DNA of 64,000 nt, from positions 977 through 64,976 of the forward strand of contig JAFGPA010000001.1 of assembly GCA_016926175.1 (NCBI GenBank), read 5' to 3'. A program made the position numbers and the translations under genes. The notes below the pieces were generated by a model. That model was not told the DNA's origin. It worked only from the letters and a program-made list of their open reading frames with translations, and made no database searches. Source of the DNA: Candidatus Micrarchaeota archaeon (GTDB lineage: Archaea; Micrarchaeota; Micrarchaeia; Anstonellales; Bilamarchaeaceae). Positions 28,682 through 38,411 of the stretch are shown piece by piece; within the stretch, counting starts at the first letter, position 1, and the number at the start of each line of letters is the position of its first letter.

Positions 28682-28840
28682 ATGTTTGAAGGAAACAGAA
28701 AATGCATGATATGCCAGGCGGATCTCTCTGAAAAAGAGCGAAATTTCGGCGTAAGCCTTTCCGGATACACCTGTGTGTTCTGCAATGACTGCATAAAGAC
28801 AAAAAAAGGAGAGATTGTAGACCTGCTTCACAGTAAATGA
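28682..28840 (+). CDS. 52-aa zinc-finger microprotein (absent from the ORF track)
   Basis: Strong SD GGTGAGGTGA. Translation: MFEGNRKCMICQADLSEKERNFGVSLSGYTCVFCNDCIKTKKGEIVDLLHSK. Confidence 0.8.
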   Translation: MFEGNRKCMICQADLSEKERNFGVSLSGYTCVFCNDCIKTKKGEIVDLLHSK

Positions 28841-28923
28841 TCTTTGTTGCTTTGGCCTGGCCAGCTACCTCCAGGCATTTTTTTCTTTTTTCTAACAATC
28901 CACTTCGGCCATACAAAGGGCAA

Positions 28924-29490
28924 TTACCTGAACTTTCCTTCAATTACAATTTCTTCAAGCGGTCTCCTGCCGCTCATCTCCTCTTTTTCACGAAGCTTTT
29001 CCGGCAAATCGTCTTTTTTGCCTGGCTTGCCTACTGCGACCATGCAATGGATCTCGTGTTCACTTGGAAGATTAATGATTTTTGCTGCCCTTTCATAATC
29101 AAACCCTTCCATGGCATGGGCAACAAGGCCCCTTCCGCTTGCTTCGAGTGCCAGATTCTCCCAGGCAGCTCCGCTGTCAAATGCATGGGTTCTTGAAGGC
29201 TTACTATTGCGGTCAAAGGTTTTCTTTGAAACAACAATGACAAGTACCGCGGCATTTTTTGTCCAGCTTTGGTTAAATTCACTCATGAGGCTGAAAAACC
29301 CATTCCAGCTGCCTGAATCTCTTTTTGCATAGACAAATCTCCAGGGCTGCCCATTGTATGATGAAGGGGCCCATCCGGCAGCCTCAAAAAGGGCCATCAT
29401 TTCATCATCAGGAATATTCTCTCCTGACATTGCTCTTGGGGACCACCTGTTCAATATAATGTCTTTTATCCCGTAATTGGAAGTTCTCAT
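28924..29490 (-). CDS. Nitroreductase family protein
   Basis: RWSPRAM, WAPSSYNGQPWRF and FDSGAAWENLAL motifs. Start placed at MRTSNY. Confidence 0.92.
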   Translation of the reverse strand: MRTSNYGIKDIILNRWSPRAMSGENIPDDEMMALFEAAGWAPSSYNGQPWRFVYAKRDSGSWNGFFSLMSEFNQSWTKNAAVLVIVVSKKTFDRNSKPSRTHAFDSGAAWENLALEASGRGLVAHAMEGFDYERAAKIINLPSEHEIHCMVAVGKPGKKDDLPEKLREKEEMSGRRPLEEIVIEGKFR

Positions 29491-29603
29491 AACTGAAATG
29501 GACAGAGCAAAAATATAATATTTGCCTATATTTTCACCACAAGCCTTTCTAAAACAGGTAAAATAAACAAAACATTTTAATATTCTGTCATGAAAATAAC
29601 AAC

Positions 29604-30785
29604 ATGGCGGCCAAACCAAAGGAACAACCATCCTACCAGCCCAGAACAAGCAAGGTTTCGGGGTTGGCTCTAAGGCCGGCCCAGCTAAACAAATTCAAGG
29701 ATGTTCTTGAAGATGGCGAGCTTGCCAATCTTCTTAATGCCCTGTTTCATGGATCGAGGGAGCTGGTTTTTTTCTCTGATTGCACCGGAAGATTCCTTCA
29801 CGCAAACAACAGAACCATGGAAGCATTGGGCTATTCCATAGATGAACTAAGAAGAACAGATCTCCAGTCCCTTCTTCCGATAGAACATATGATGTCTTTC
29901 ATGCATGATCTTGCCGATCTGGTGCACAGGACCGATCCTGACAATCCAAGAAGGTTTATTGTCCGTTCAAAATCAATGGAAAAACTCCTGATAGAAGCAA
30001 CCCCGATAATCCTGGTCCGTGATAATAATCCTGAAGCTATACTCTGGCATGCCCAGCTCCTGCAGAATCTTGATGGTAATGACGAATGCAGGCAAAAAGA
30101 AAGAGAGCTTGAGGCAGTTGCAGAAGCTTCGAGCAGGGCGGCGCACGACATTAAAAATCTTTTAACCTGCCCAAATTCAGTTCTTGAAATGTTGAAAAAT
30201 ATTGATCTTGAAAACCCTTCTCCCAAACAGCTTTCAATTATAAGGAAAAACATTGACGGTGCAATAGAAAGCGTTCAAAAAGTGATCCGGCTTACTGCTG
30301 ATATGATGCTTCTTGCAAGGCCGAAAAATGCCCAGTTCCAGAGCGTCGAGCTAAAATCATTCATGGCATATCTTGTGATGCGCGTCAGTGCACTTAAGCC
30401 TCAAAATATTGAAGTTGACTACGATTTTGATTGTTCAGACTGCTTTGTGCATTGTGACCGGCAGATGCTTGATAGGGGCATTACAAATGTATTCCTTAAT
30501 GCCATTGAAGCAATGCCCTGCGGAGGAAAACTTACTGTTACTACCAGAAAAGCGGAGGACAACCTGATAATCCTGATCCGGGATACCGGCTGCGGAATTT
30601 CAAAAGCAGATCTTCCGAAAATTTTCGATCCTTATGTTACTACTAAGAAAGAAGGTACCGGGCTTGGTCTTGCAATAGCCAAAAAAGCAATAAAAGACTG
30701 TGATGGGACAATAGCCGTGGACAGTTGCTGTGGTGCAGGAACGACCTTCAAAATCACAGTTCCGGTAACGCCAAAGGCCCTGTGA
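29604..30785 (+). CDS. Cytoplasmic PAS-domain histidine kinase
   Basis: PAS motif ANN....LGYS.DEL, H-box AHDIKNLL, NAIEAM, DTGCGI and GTGLGL. Confidence 0.92.
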   Translation: MAAKPKEQPSYQPRTSKVSGLALRPAQLNKFKDVLEDGELANLLNALFHGSRELVFFSDCTGRFLHANNRTMEALGYSIDELRRTDLQSLLPIEHMMSFMHDLADLVHRTDPDNPRRFIVRSKSMEKLLIEATPIILVRDNNPEAILWHAQLLQNLDGNDECRQKERELEAVAEASSRAAHDIKNLLTCPNSVLEMLKNIDLENPSPKQLSIIRKNIDGAIESVQKVIRLTADMMLLARPKNAQFQSVELKSFMAYLVMRVSALKPQNIEVDYDFDCSDCFVHCDRQMLDRGITNVFLNAIEAMPCGGKLTVTTRKAEDNLIILIRDTGCGISKADLPKIFDPYVTTKKEGTGLGLAIAKKAIKDCDGTIAVDSCCGAGTTFKITVPVTPKAL

Positions 30786-30826
30786 TAATGAAAACCATTA
30801 AAAATATCATATAATTGTGTGTTCCT

Positions 30827-31162
30827 ATGTTCTCCGAATATGTTGGCATTTTGATTATTCTCCTTGATCTGACAGGCATAAGCATGATACTTTTTGGTGT
30901 TGTACTATCAGTTTACAGGATACTGAAAATAGAGATCAAACGCCACAAAAACCGGTTCAGGGAATATGAAAATACCAAGAGAATCTTCATACAAAAGCTT
31001 ATTTTCGGACTTGATTTCTTTGTTGCCAGGGATCTTCTGAAGCTTGTAATTGTCGAGACTCAGGGAGAGATATTAAACATAGCATTTATTGTCATAGTCC
31101 GTACACTTTTGTCATGGTCCCTTTCAAAAGAAATTCATCTTCATGAGGAAAAAATGGACTAA
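30827..31162 (+). CDS. DUF1622 membrane protein
   Basis: FGLDFFVARDLL and IVIVRTLLSWSLSKEI motifs. Confidence 0.8.
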   Translation: MFSEYVGILIILLDLTGISMILFGVVLSVYRILKIEIKRHKNRFREYENTKRIFIQKLIFGLDFFVARDLLKLVIVETQGEILNIAFIVIVRTLLSWSLSKEIHLHEEKMD

Positions 31163-32901
31163 CGGAAACTTCCCTCTCCAAGAGCTATTGCAGTCTCAAT
31201 TATTGCCATGTGTGTGTATGCCTGGGGGAAATTTCCTGTCAGTTCCTTTGTTTTTGGATTAATCCCCTCAGAAAACAATCCAAGGTGATTGGAGTAGGAA
31301 AGGAAATTTCTGAATAATTCTTTTGCCTTTTCCTCTTCACCTATTGCAAACAGCGCTTCAATGAACCAGCAGGTTGCGATACTGAAGGTATTTACCGGAT
31401 AGCCGAAATCATCCTTCATTTTATACCTGAATGCGAGGCCGTCTTCTACAAGTTCTTTTTCAATGGCCTTTACCGTTGCAATAAACCGCGGATCTTTTGC
31501 ATCTATGAATCCGTATTTGTGCATGACAAGTACGCTGGCATCAAGTTCATCCGCGCCGTAATACATTGTAAATGCCTGCTTTTTCATGTTCCATCCTTTC
31601 TGAAGGATAGTTTCCCTCATAATATCCCGTTTTACTTTCAGCTTTTCTATGTTCTCAGTTTGGCGGAAATATTCTGCTATCTTTATTCCCCTGTCCAGTG
31701 CAACCCATGCCATGAATTTTGAAAACAGGAAATGCTCCCTTATCCCCCTGAATTCCCATATTCCCTGGTCTTTTTCTTCCCATATTGAAAGGGTATTCAC
31801 AATGAGGTTTTCCAGTATCTCAAAAATTGCACTGCTTTTATCGTAATGGGATTTTGTTATGTATCTGTGTACTGCATCGAGTATTTCTCCGTTTACGTCT
31901 ATCTGGAGCTGGTCGTAGGCAGCATTTCCTATTCTGACCGGCCTGGATCCTTTATAGCCATCGAAATGATCCAGGGTAAACTCCTCAATGTTTCTTTCTC
32001 CTTCCACACCATACAGGACCTGAAGGGGGCCCTTTGAGCAAAGAAAAAGCAATATGTCAAGGAATCCTTTTCCCACATCAAGATCTCCGAGTTTTGTGAG
32101 CACCCTGACTGTCAAAGCAGAATCGCGGAGCCAGAAATACCTGTAATCCCAGTTTCTTACATCTCCGACTATTTCCGGGAGAGAGGTAGTTGCTGCAGCG
32201 ACCATGGTCCCTGTTTTCAGATATCTGAGCAGTTCAAGCACAAGCGCACTCCTTATTACCATGCCCTTGTTTTCAGCAGATTCAGGGATTTTTATCCTGT
32301 TTACTACTGTTTTCCAGTATTGCCCTGTTTTTTCCAGATCCTCATAAAGGCTGTCCTTTTTTTCTTTGCAGTTGAAGCTGATTATCATCAGGCTGCTCTT
32401 TTCCAGAACCACCTCTTTTTCGTTGATTATGCAGTCGTAGTCAATATCAGAATAAAGGTATATCCGGTCCTTTCCATCCGTTGCAATTATGCATCCATCT
32501 TCTTTTTTTACCGAAGTCTCTCCCCTTGCATAGTTCATTTTCGGATTGAATCTGATCTTTATCCGCGGTTTCCCACGTTTCAGCCTTACTATTCTGTGGA
32601 TGCTGTCACTGTGGGACGCCATTGGAAAATAATCAATCACTGAAAACTCGCCATCTGTCCCTTCAAATGCCGTTTCAAGAATATTTGTATCGCCCATGTA
32701 GGTTTGGGACGTTTTATATTCTCCTATGGGAGTTATGCCAAATTCTCCGCCCTGGCCAGTAAGCAGTTTTGCAAATGCCGTGGGGCTGTCAAATCTCGGC
32801 AGGCACAGCCATTCAATTGAACTGTTTTCTTTTACCAGTGCAGCTGTCCTGCAATTGCCAATAACACCATAATTAAATGTCATAATACCGATCTCATTCA
32901 T
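31159..32901 (-). CDS. Glycoside hydrolase family 15 (glucoamylase/trehalase-like)
   Basis: IGNCRTAALV, TTSLPE, RNWDYRY.WLRD and GNFPQAYTH motifs. Confidence 0.92.
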   Translation of the reverse strand: MNEIGIMTFNYGVIGNCRTAALVKENSSIEWLCLPRFDSPTAFAKLLTGQGGEFGITPIGEYKTSQTYMGDTNILETAFEGTDGEFSVIDYFPMASHSDSIHRIVRLKRGKPRIKIRFNPKMNYARGETSVKKEDGCIIATDGKDRIYLYSDIDYDCIINEKEVVLEKSSLMIISFNCKEKKDSLYEDLEKTGQYWKTVVNRIKIPESAENKGMVIRSALVLELLRYLKTGTMVAAATTSLPEIVGDVRNWDYRYFWLRDSALTVRVLTKLGDLDVGKGFLDILLFLCSKGPLQVLYGVEGERNIEEFTLDHFDGYKGSRPVRIGNAAYDQLQIDVNGEILDAVHRYITKSHYDKSSAIFEILENLIVNTLSIWEEKDQGIWEFRGIREHFLFSKFMAWVALDRGIKIAEYFRQTENIEKLKVKRDIMRETILQKGWNMKKQAFTMYYGADELDASVLVMHKYGFIDAKDPRFIATVKAIEKELVEDGLAFRYKMKDDFGYPVNTFSIATCWFIEALFAIGEEEKAKELFRNFLSYSNHLGLFSEGINPKTKELTGNFPQAYTHMAIIETAIALGEGSFR

Positions 32902-33737
32902 ATTATTTTAATGGCTTCCCGTATTTCCTTTATTGTTTTCGCCCTTGAAATTATGTTTCTCATAGCTGGAGCGCCTTTAAATCCTGATATGAAATGCATT
33001 GCTTTTAATCTGATATCCTTTAAGCCCGGGACTACCCCGCCAATTTCCATATATTCATCCAGCATGTCCTGTGGATCAGTTATCTTCCTGTCAGAAAACA
33101 GCAGTGGATTTGACATTGCGGCCCGGCCAGCCATAAAAGAGTCGCAATAGCCTTTTTTTACATAGTTCTTCCCTTCCCATGCCATGGTAATGTCGCCATT
33201 TCCTATAACCGGAATTTCACTCTCTTGCTTTATTCTTTTTATTATTTCCCAGTTGTTTTTTCCGCTGTAACCCTGGCCCGGGGTTCTTCCATGGACTATC
33301 AGGAAATCAGCACCGGTTTTTCTGCACAGTTCCATTGTGTCATCAGTTATCCGTATTTTGATGCTTACCGGAATCCCGCACTTTTTCATTTCTGCAACTG
33401 ACCGGACTATCTTTTCCGGATTATCGAGGAGAGCGCTTCCTCCGCCGCAGCTTCTTGTGCGGCTGGAAGGGCAGCCGCAATTAAGGTTAAGCCATTTTAT
33501 TTCAGGATTGCCATCCACAATTCTGCGGCATGCCTTTCCTATTGTTTCCGGGTTGTTGCCTACCAGCTGCACACCAAGGTTTTTCTCTTCAGGATGAATT
33601 CCGGCTTCCCTGCCAACCAAAACTGCATCTGCATTTATCAACGGAACGCAGGATGCCTCTGCTCCATATCTGCTGCAGAGTAATCTGAATGCAGCATCAC
33701 TATACCCGTCAATAGGAGCAAGAAAACTCTTATACAT
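32898..33737 (-). CDS. dus: tRNA-dihydrouridine synthase
   Basis: NLNCGCP, GGGSALL, VHGRT, IGNGDI and GRAA..NP motifs. Confidence 0.9.
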   Translation of the reverse strand: MYKSFLAPIDGYSDAAFRLLCSRYGAEASCVPLINADAVLVGREAGIHPEEKNLGVQLVGNNPETIGKACRRIVDGNPEIKWLNLNCGCPSSRTRSCGGGSALLDNPEKIVRSVAEMKKCGIPVSIKIRITDDTMELCRKTGADFLIVHGRTPGQGYSGKNNWEIIKRIKQESEIPVIGNGDITMAWEGKNYVKKGYCDSFMAGRAAMSNPLLFSDRKITDPQDMLDEYMEIGGVVPGLKDIRLKAMHFISGFKGAPAMRNIISRAKTIKEIREAIKII

Positions 33738-33767
33738 GGTAATAGATTTGCTTAATTAAAATTATAA

Positions 33768-33858
33768 GAAGGACAGCTTTCCCAATCTAACCCTCAACCA
33801 TCTTTGGAACAGGGTATTCCTCATCAGGCAAGACATTCCTCCTTCCGAGCTGTCCTCC
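33768..33858 (-). ncRNA. Candidate hammerhead-like structured RNA
   Basis: GGAGGACAGCUC ... CUGAUGA ... GAAAGCUGUCCUUC. Stems I and II are imperfect. Confidence 0.3.
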
Positions 33859-34253
33859 GATTCCATTTACCCTCGAAACCATTCTTATCATCTATACCCC
33901 CTCGGTATATATACTGTTCTATGAACTATATATATGTTTTTGGATTTTTTATGTGAAATTATACAATAAGAAACTGCCATTTACTGTATTTTAGTTTCAA
34001 ATTACAAAAATTTTATGGAAAAAAACTGCTTTTACGCCGTAGAAAATTTCCGTAATTTTTGGTCATTTTTGAGGATTTTTTGACACACCCTTTCAGGAAA
34101 AACTATCTTCAATGACAAATTCTTATCATTAATCTGTATCCTAAAACATTTGTTCTACTTGCCAAATGTGATTGAGCACTGTTTTTGGTCAAATATCCCA
34201 CACCAAAATTTTCCAGCATCAATCTTTAAAGCCTTTAGAATTACTATCCTTCA

Positions 34254-35846
34254 ATGCTCACTTTTGATATTGCATTTGCAATTGTCCCCGGTCTTATACT
34301 TTTTCTCTATGGCATTGAGAACTTCAGCCGGGAAATACAGAATATTGCAGGTGAGAAATTCAGAAGCCTGCTTGGCAAAGCAACAAATCATCCGCTTAAA
34401 GGCGCCATACTGGGTGCAGGCGTGACCTCGATTATACAGTCAAGCACTGCAACAACAGTCATTGTTGTCGGCCTTGTCGGATCAGGGGTAATTCCATTCA
34501 CCCAGAGCCTTGGCGTGATAATAGGTGCAAACGTCGGAAGTACAGTTACCGCACAGCTTGTGGCGTTCAAGCTTACTTATCTTGCTCCTATATTCATTTT
34601 CCTTGGATTCCTGATTTCCCTTCTGGGCAGAAAATACAGTTTTCTTGGAAAGCCGATATTTTATTTTGGCCTTGTTTTCTTTTCTCTGAACCTGATATCT
34701 GCTGCCATTGAGCCTTTAAAGGAAGATCCTGAAGTGATTGGTCTTTTTGCGCAGTTTTCAAATATCCTCATTGCAATTGCAGGAGGCTTTCTTTTCACCC
34801 TGGTAGTCCAGTCAAGCTCGGTTACCACTGGTATAGTGGTTGTGCTTGTGGGTGCCGGCCTGCTTTCGCTTGAGCAGGGAATCCCAATAATCATGGGCTC
34901 CAACATAGGAACAACCATCACTTCCTATTTTGCATCAATAAATCTGGATGTTTTTGCAAAAAGGGCAGCAGCGGCCCATTTTATTTTCAATTTCGGAGGA
35001 GTGCTGATTTTCCTTCCGTTTATATCCGGATTTGCTGATTTTGTGGTCGGTTTTGGCGGTTCTCCTGCACAGCAGATGGCAAATGCCCACCTCCTTTTTA
35101 ATCTCATATCAGCGGCAATCTTTCTCATCGCTATTCCGGAATTTGAAAATGCAATAAAAAGAATAGTTCCGGGAAAGCAGAAGGAAATAATATTCCGGCC
35201 AAAATACCTGAACGAAGAGCTTCCCCAGTCAAACCTGGATGCCATAAATCTGATTTCAAATGAACTTCGCCATTCCCTTGAAATTACTTCAGAGCTTTAT
35301 TCAAGCTCCATGAAAATTCTGCATGGTTCTTCTGATGTCGCTACTGTCACAAAACTTGAAACGTTCAATGATTATCTTGATGATCAGATAAGTGACAGGA
35401 TTTTTGAGTTGTCCAAAAGGGAACTTACCATGGCGGAAGCAAAAAAGATTGTTTTGCTTGTAAGAATGTCAAACAGCATAGAGCAGCTTGGTGACATTGC
35501 AGAAAGCATTGCATATGTGTCACTCAGGCTTCGTGGATCCGGATCATCTCTTTCAGAGCCTGCAATAGAATCCATAGACAGTGCTTTCAGCAAGTTTGAG
35601 GAAACACTTTCCATAATATCGAAATCCGTTCCATCTGTTGGCAGGAAAGAAAAAGAAACGATAAAACGAAATGACGCTGAACTGGGGGATATAATAACTC
35701 AGAGCTACAAGGATCATCTCAGGAGGCTTTACACCCAAAAAGCATATGCAGGCACCACATTCGTGCGCCTGATTCACATGATAGAGTCGGCAAATTCTGT
35801 TGCCGGAAACATAAGGCAGTTTTCAGAAACTTACAGTAAACTTTAA
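34254..35846 (+). CDS. Na/Pi cotransporter with a PhoU-like C-terminus
   Basis: IQSSTATT, GANVGST, VQSSSVTT, GSNIGTT and EQLGDIA motifs. Confidence 0.9.
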   Translation: MLTFDIAFAIVPGLILFLYGIENFSREIQNIAGEKFRSLLGKATNHPLKGAILGAGVTSIIQSSTATTVIVVGLVGSGVIPFTQSLGVIIGANVGSTVTAQLVAFKLTYLAPIFIFLGFLISLLGRKYSFLGKPIFYFGLVFFSLNLISAAIEPLKEDPEVIGLFAQFSNILIAIAGGFLFTLVVQSSSVTTGIVVVLVGAGLLSLEQGIPIIMGSNIGTTITSYFASINLDVFAKRAAAAHFIFNFGGVLIFLPFISGFADFVVGFGGSPAQQMANAHLLFNLISAAIFLIAIPEFENAIKRIVPGKQKEIIFRPKYLNEELPQSNLDAINLISNELRHSLEITSELYSSSMKILHGSSDVATVTKLETFNDYLDDQISDRIFELSKRELTMAEAKKIVLLVRMSNSIEQLGDIAESIAYVSLRLRGSGSSLSEPAIESIDSAFSKFEETLSIISKSVPSVGRKEKETIKRNDAELGDIITQSYKDHLRRLYTQKAYAGTTFVRLIHMIESANSVAGNIRQFSETYSKL

Positions 35847-35896
35847 ATTAGTTGTCTGATGTTGATAATCTGCAAATTTTCAGAGAGGTGAAACAA

Positions 35897-36211
35897 ATGG
35901 AAGAACAAACAGAACAACCAAAGACAGAAATGCCCCGGAGAAGAGACGACAATACAGTTTTCGTAGGAAAAAAAGGCACGATGGGCTATGTTTTGGCAGT
36001 TGTAACACAGTTTAACAATGGAGCAAAAGAAGTAGTTGTCAAAGCAAGGGGCAAACTTATTTCCCGGGCAGTTGATGTTGTTGAAATTGTCCGACACAGA
36101 TTTATGCCTGATTCAAAAGTTGACGAAATCAAGATTTCAACTGAAGAACTTACGTCTGAAGATGGATCTATAAACAAGGTTTCATCAATAGAAATCAAGA
36201 TTCAGAAATAA
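35897..36211 (+). CDS. albA: DNA/RNA-binding protein Alba
   Basis: VFVGKK, YVLAV, KARG..ISRAVDV and VSSIEI motifs, with SD GAGGTGA. Confidence 0.95.
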   Translation: MEEQTEQPKTEMPRRRDDNTVFVGKKGTMGYVLAVVTQFNNGAKEVVVKARGKLISRAVDVVEIVRHRFMPDSKVDEIKISTEELTSEDGSINKVSSIEIKIQK

Positions 36212-36219
36212 GTGATAAG

Positions 36220-36840
36220 ATGAAAGGAGTCCTCGACATAAGGGGAGTACTGCTTGCGCTGTTTTTCGGCATAGTACTATTCCTCTTTGGAGGGCTCAAT
36301 TATCTTATCCTGATGCTGTTCTTTTTCTTTCTTGCAGTTGCCGTTACAAAATACGAATATGAAATAAAGCGCGATATGGGCTTATATGAGCATGAGCGGG
36401 GATGGGAAAACGTATTATCAAACGGTCTTCTTCCTGCAATACTTGCAGTTCTGAGTCCAATTACGGGTCCGATACCTTTTGTTGCTTCTATTGCAGCAGT
36501 AACTGCCGACAAATTCGGTTCTGAAATAGGAATTCTTGATCCAAAAGACCCAATATCCCTCCTTAACCTGAAAGCCATCAAACCTGGAACAAGCGGAGCT
36601 ATGAGCGTGCTTGGTACTGTAGGCTCATTTGCAGGAGCTTCATTAATAGGAGCATCGTCAATGTTTATCTTTTCTTTTGATCCTACCCAGGCATTGCTGA
36701 TAGGCATTGCCGGATTGGCAGGGTCAATAGCAGACACCCTTTTTGGAGTATTGGAAGAAAGGGGCATCGGAACAAAAGGGACTACAAATTTCATATGTTC
36801 AATTACCGGAGCGGCCATCGGTTATTATTTAATATCTTAG
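36220..36840 (+). CDS. DUF92 (TMEM19/VTE6-like) membrane protein
   Basis: RGWENVLSNG, ADKFGSEIG, PGTSGA.S..GT and DTLFG motifs. Confidence 0.85.
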   Translation: MKGVLDIRGVLLALFFGIVLFLFGGLNYLILMLFFFFLAVAVTKYEYEIKRDMGLYEHERGWENVLSNGLLPAILAVLSPITGPIPFVASIAAVTADKFGSEIGILDPKDPISLLNLKAIKPGTSGAMSVLGTVGSFAGASLIGASSMFIFSFDPTQALLIGIAGLAGSIADTLFGVLEERGIGTKGTTNFICSITGAAIGYYLIS

Positions 36841-36856
36841 TTGTGAGGTCTTACCC

Positions 36857-37555
36857 ATGAAAGTATTTATCTTAGCTGGCGGAGAAGGAACCAGGCTCAG
36901 GCCATACACATATACCATTCCAAAGCCAATGATGGAATTGGGAGGAAAACCAATACTCTGGTATGTCATTGAAAATCTTAAGAAAAAAGGCTTCAAGGAT
37001 ATAGTTATTACCTGCGGTTATGAGCACGGGAAAATTATTGATTATTTTGGGGACGGCAAAGACCTTGGCATAAAAATAGAGTATTCAATTGAAAAGGAAA
37101 GGCTCAATACTGCAGGCTCAATATATGGAAAAAAGCAGGACCGCACATTTGCTGTTGTTATGGGAGACCATCTCACTAACATAGACCTTTCCAAAATGCT
37201 TGACCATCACAAAAAATCAGGCGCAATTGCAACAATCGCCCTGTACAAAAGCAGCCTTCCGCTGGAATACGGGGTGGCAGAGGTTAATGGAAATAAAATA
37301 ACCGGTTTCCATGAAAAGCCCCTTCTTGAACATCTCTACAACACTGCAATCTATATTTTTGAACCTGAGATCTTTGATTACATAAATGAAAAGGAGGATT
37401 TTGCAAAGCACGTGATTCCAAGGCTTATTTCAAGCGGCAAAAAAGTGGTTCCGTACATCTTTGATGATGTCTGGTTTGATATAGGAAGGGTATCTGATTA
37501 TGAACAGCTTAGGGAGACATTCAAGATAATGAAGCTCTTCAATGATCTAAGGTGA
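36857..37555 (+). CDS. Sugar-phosphate nucleotidyltransferase
   Basis: ILAGGEGTRLRPYT...PKP and WFDIG motifs. Confidence 0.92.
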   Translation: MKVFILAGGEGTRLRPYTYTIPKPMMELGGKPILWYVIENLKKKGFKDIVITCGYEHGKIIDYFGDGKDLGIKIEYSIEKERLNTAGSIYGKKQDRTFAVVMGDHLTNIDLSKMLDHHKKSGAIATIALYKSSLPLEYGVAEVNGNKITGFHEKPLLEHLYNTAIYIFEPEIFDYINEKEDFAKHVIPRLISSGKKVVPYIFDDVWFDIGRVSDYEQLRETFKIMKLFNDLR

Positions 37556-37559
37556 TCTG

Positions 37560-38411
37560 ATCAAAGCAGTTGTGACCGGCGGGGCAGGATTCATAGGATC
37601 CCATATTGTGGAAGCTCTTGTCAGGGAAAATGATGTTACTGTAATTGATGATCTCTCAACAGGCCGATATATAAATAAAAAAACCCGCATGATGAAAAAA
37701 AATATACTCGACGATATTTATTTTGACGCTGATGTTGTTTTCCATCTTGCTGCCCAGGTTTCTGTTCCCCGCTCCTTTGAAAACCCCCAGTTTACCCTGA
37801 AAACAAATGTGGAAGGCACACGGAACGTTCTGGAAGCCTGCCTTAAATCAGGCGTGAAAAAAGCGGTTTTCTCGTCATCTGCAGCTGTTTATGGCAATGC
37901 CGACCATTCTGTAAGTGAAGATGAGCCACTCAGGCCCCAGGATCCATATGGACAGTCAAAAATGGAAGGGGAAAAACTCATGGAAAGGTATCATGAAGAA
38001 AATGGCCTCCAGACAATTTCACTCAGATATTTCAATGTTTATGGTCCAAGGATGAGCGGGGGCGTTGTAAAAGCGTTTTTGCAGAATCCCGAACCTGTCA
38101 TAACCGGAAACGGAAAACAGATGCGGGATTTTGTTTTTGTAAAGGATGTTGTGGAAGCAAACCTCATTGCAGCCGGATCAAAAGCAGCCGGAGCTTTCAA
38201 TGTGGGAACCGGCAATGCAGTTTCTGTGATCTCACTTGCAGATACCATAGAAAAAGTGACAAAAAAGAAATGCCTCCCGGTTTTTGTATCTGAAAGGAAA
38301 AATGACATTTTTTATTCATGTGCCAACACCAAAAAGGCAGAAAAGATACTTGGCTTCCGTGCAGGAACCTCTCTTGAAGACGGCATTAAAAGAACAATAT
38401 CAATGCAATAG
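37560..38411 (+). CDS. NAD-dependent epimerase/dehydratase (GalE-like), probable ATC start
   Basis: TGGAGFIGSH, SSSAAVYG, YGQSK and LRYFNVYGP motifs. Confidence 0.88.
   Translation: MKAVVTGGAGFIGSHIVEALVRENDVTVIDDLSTGRYINKKTRMMKKNILDDIYFDADVVFHLAAQVSVPRSFENPQFTLKTNVEGTRNVLEACLKSGVKKAVFSSSAAVYGNADHSVSEDEPLRPQDPYGQSKMEGEKLMERYHEENGLQTISLRYFNVYGPRMSGGVVKAFLQNPEPVITGNGKQMRDFVFVKDVVEANLIAAGSKAAGAFNVGTGNAVSVISLADTIEKVTKKKCLPVFVSERKNDIFYSCANTKKAEKILGFRAGTSLEDGIKRTISMQ

Noticed and set aside
33900..34250. Replication origin in the long AT-rich intergenic region
   Set aside because: No convincing ORB repeats with G-strings and no adjacent cdc6/orc1.
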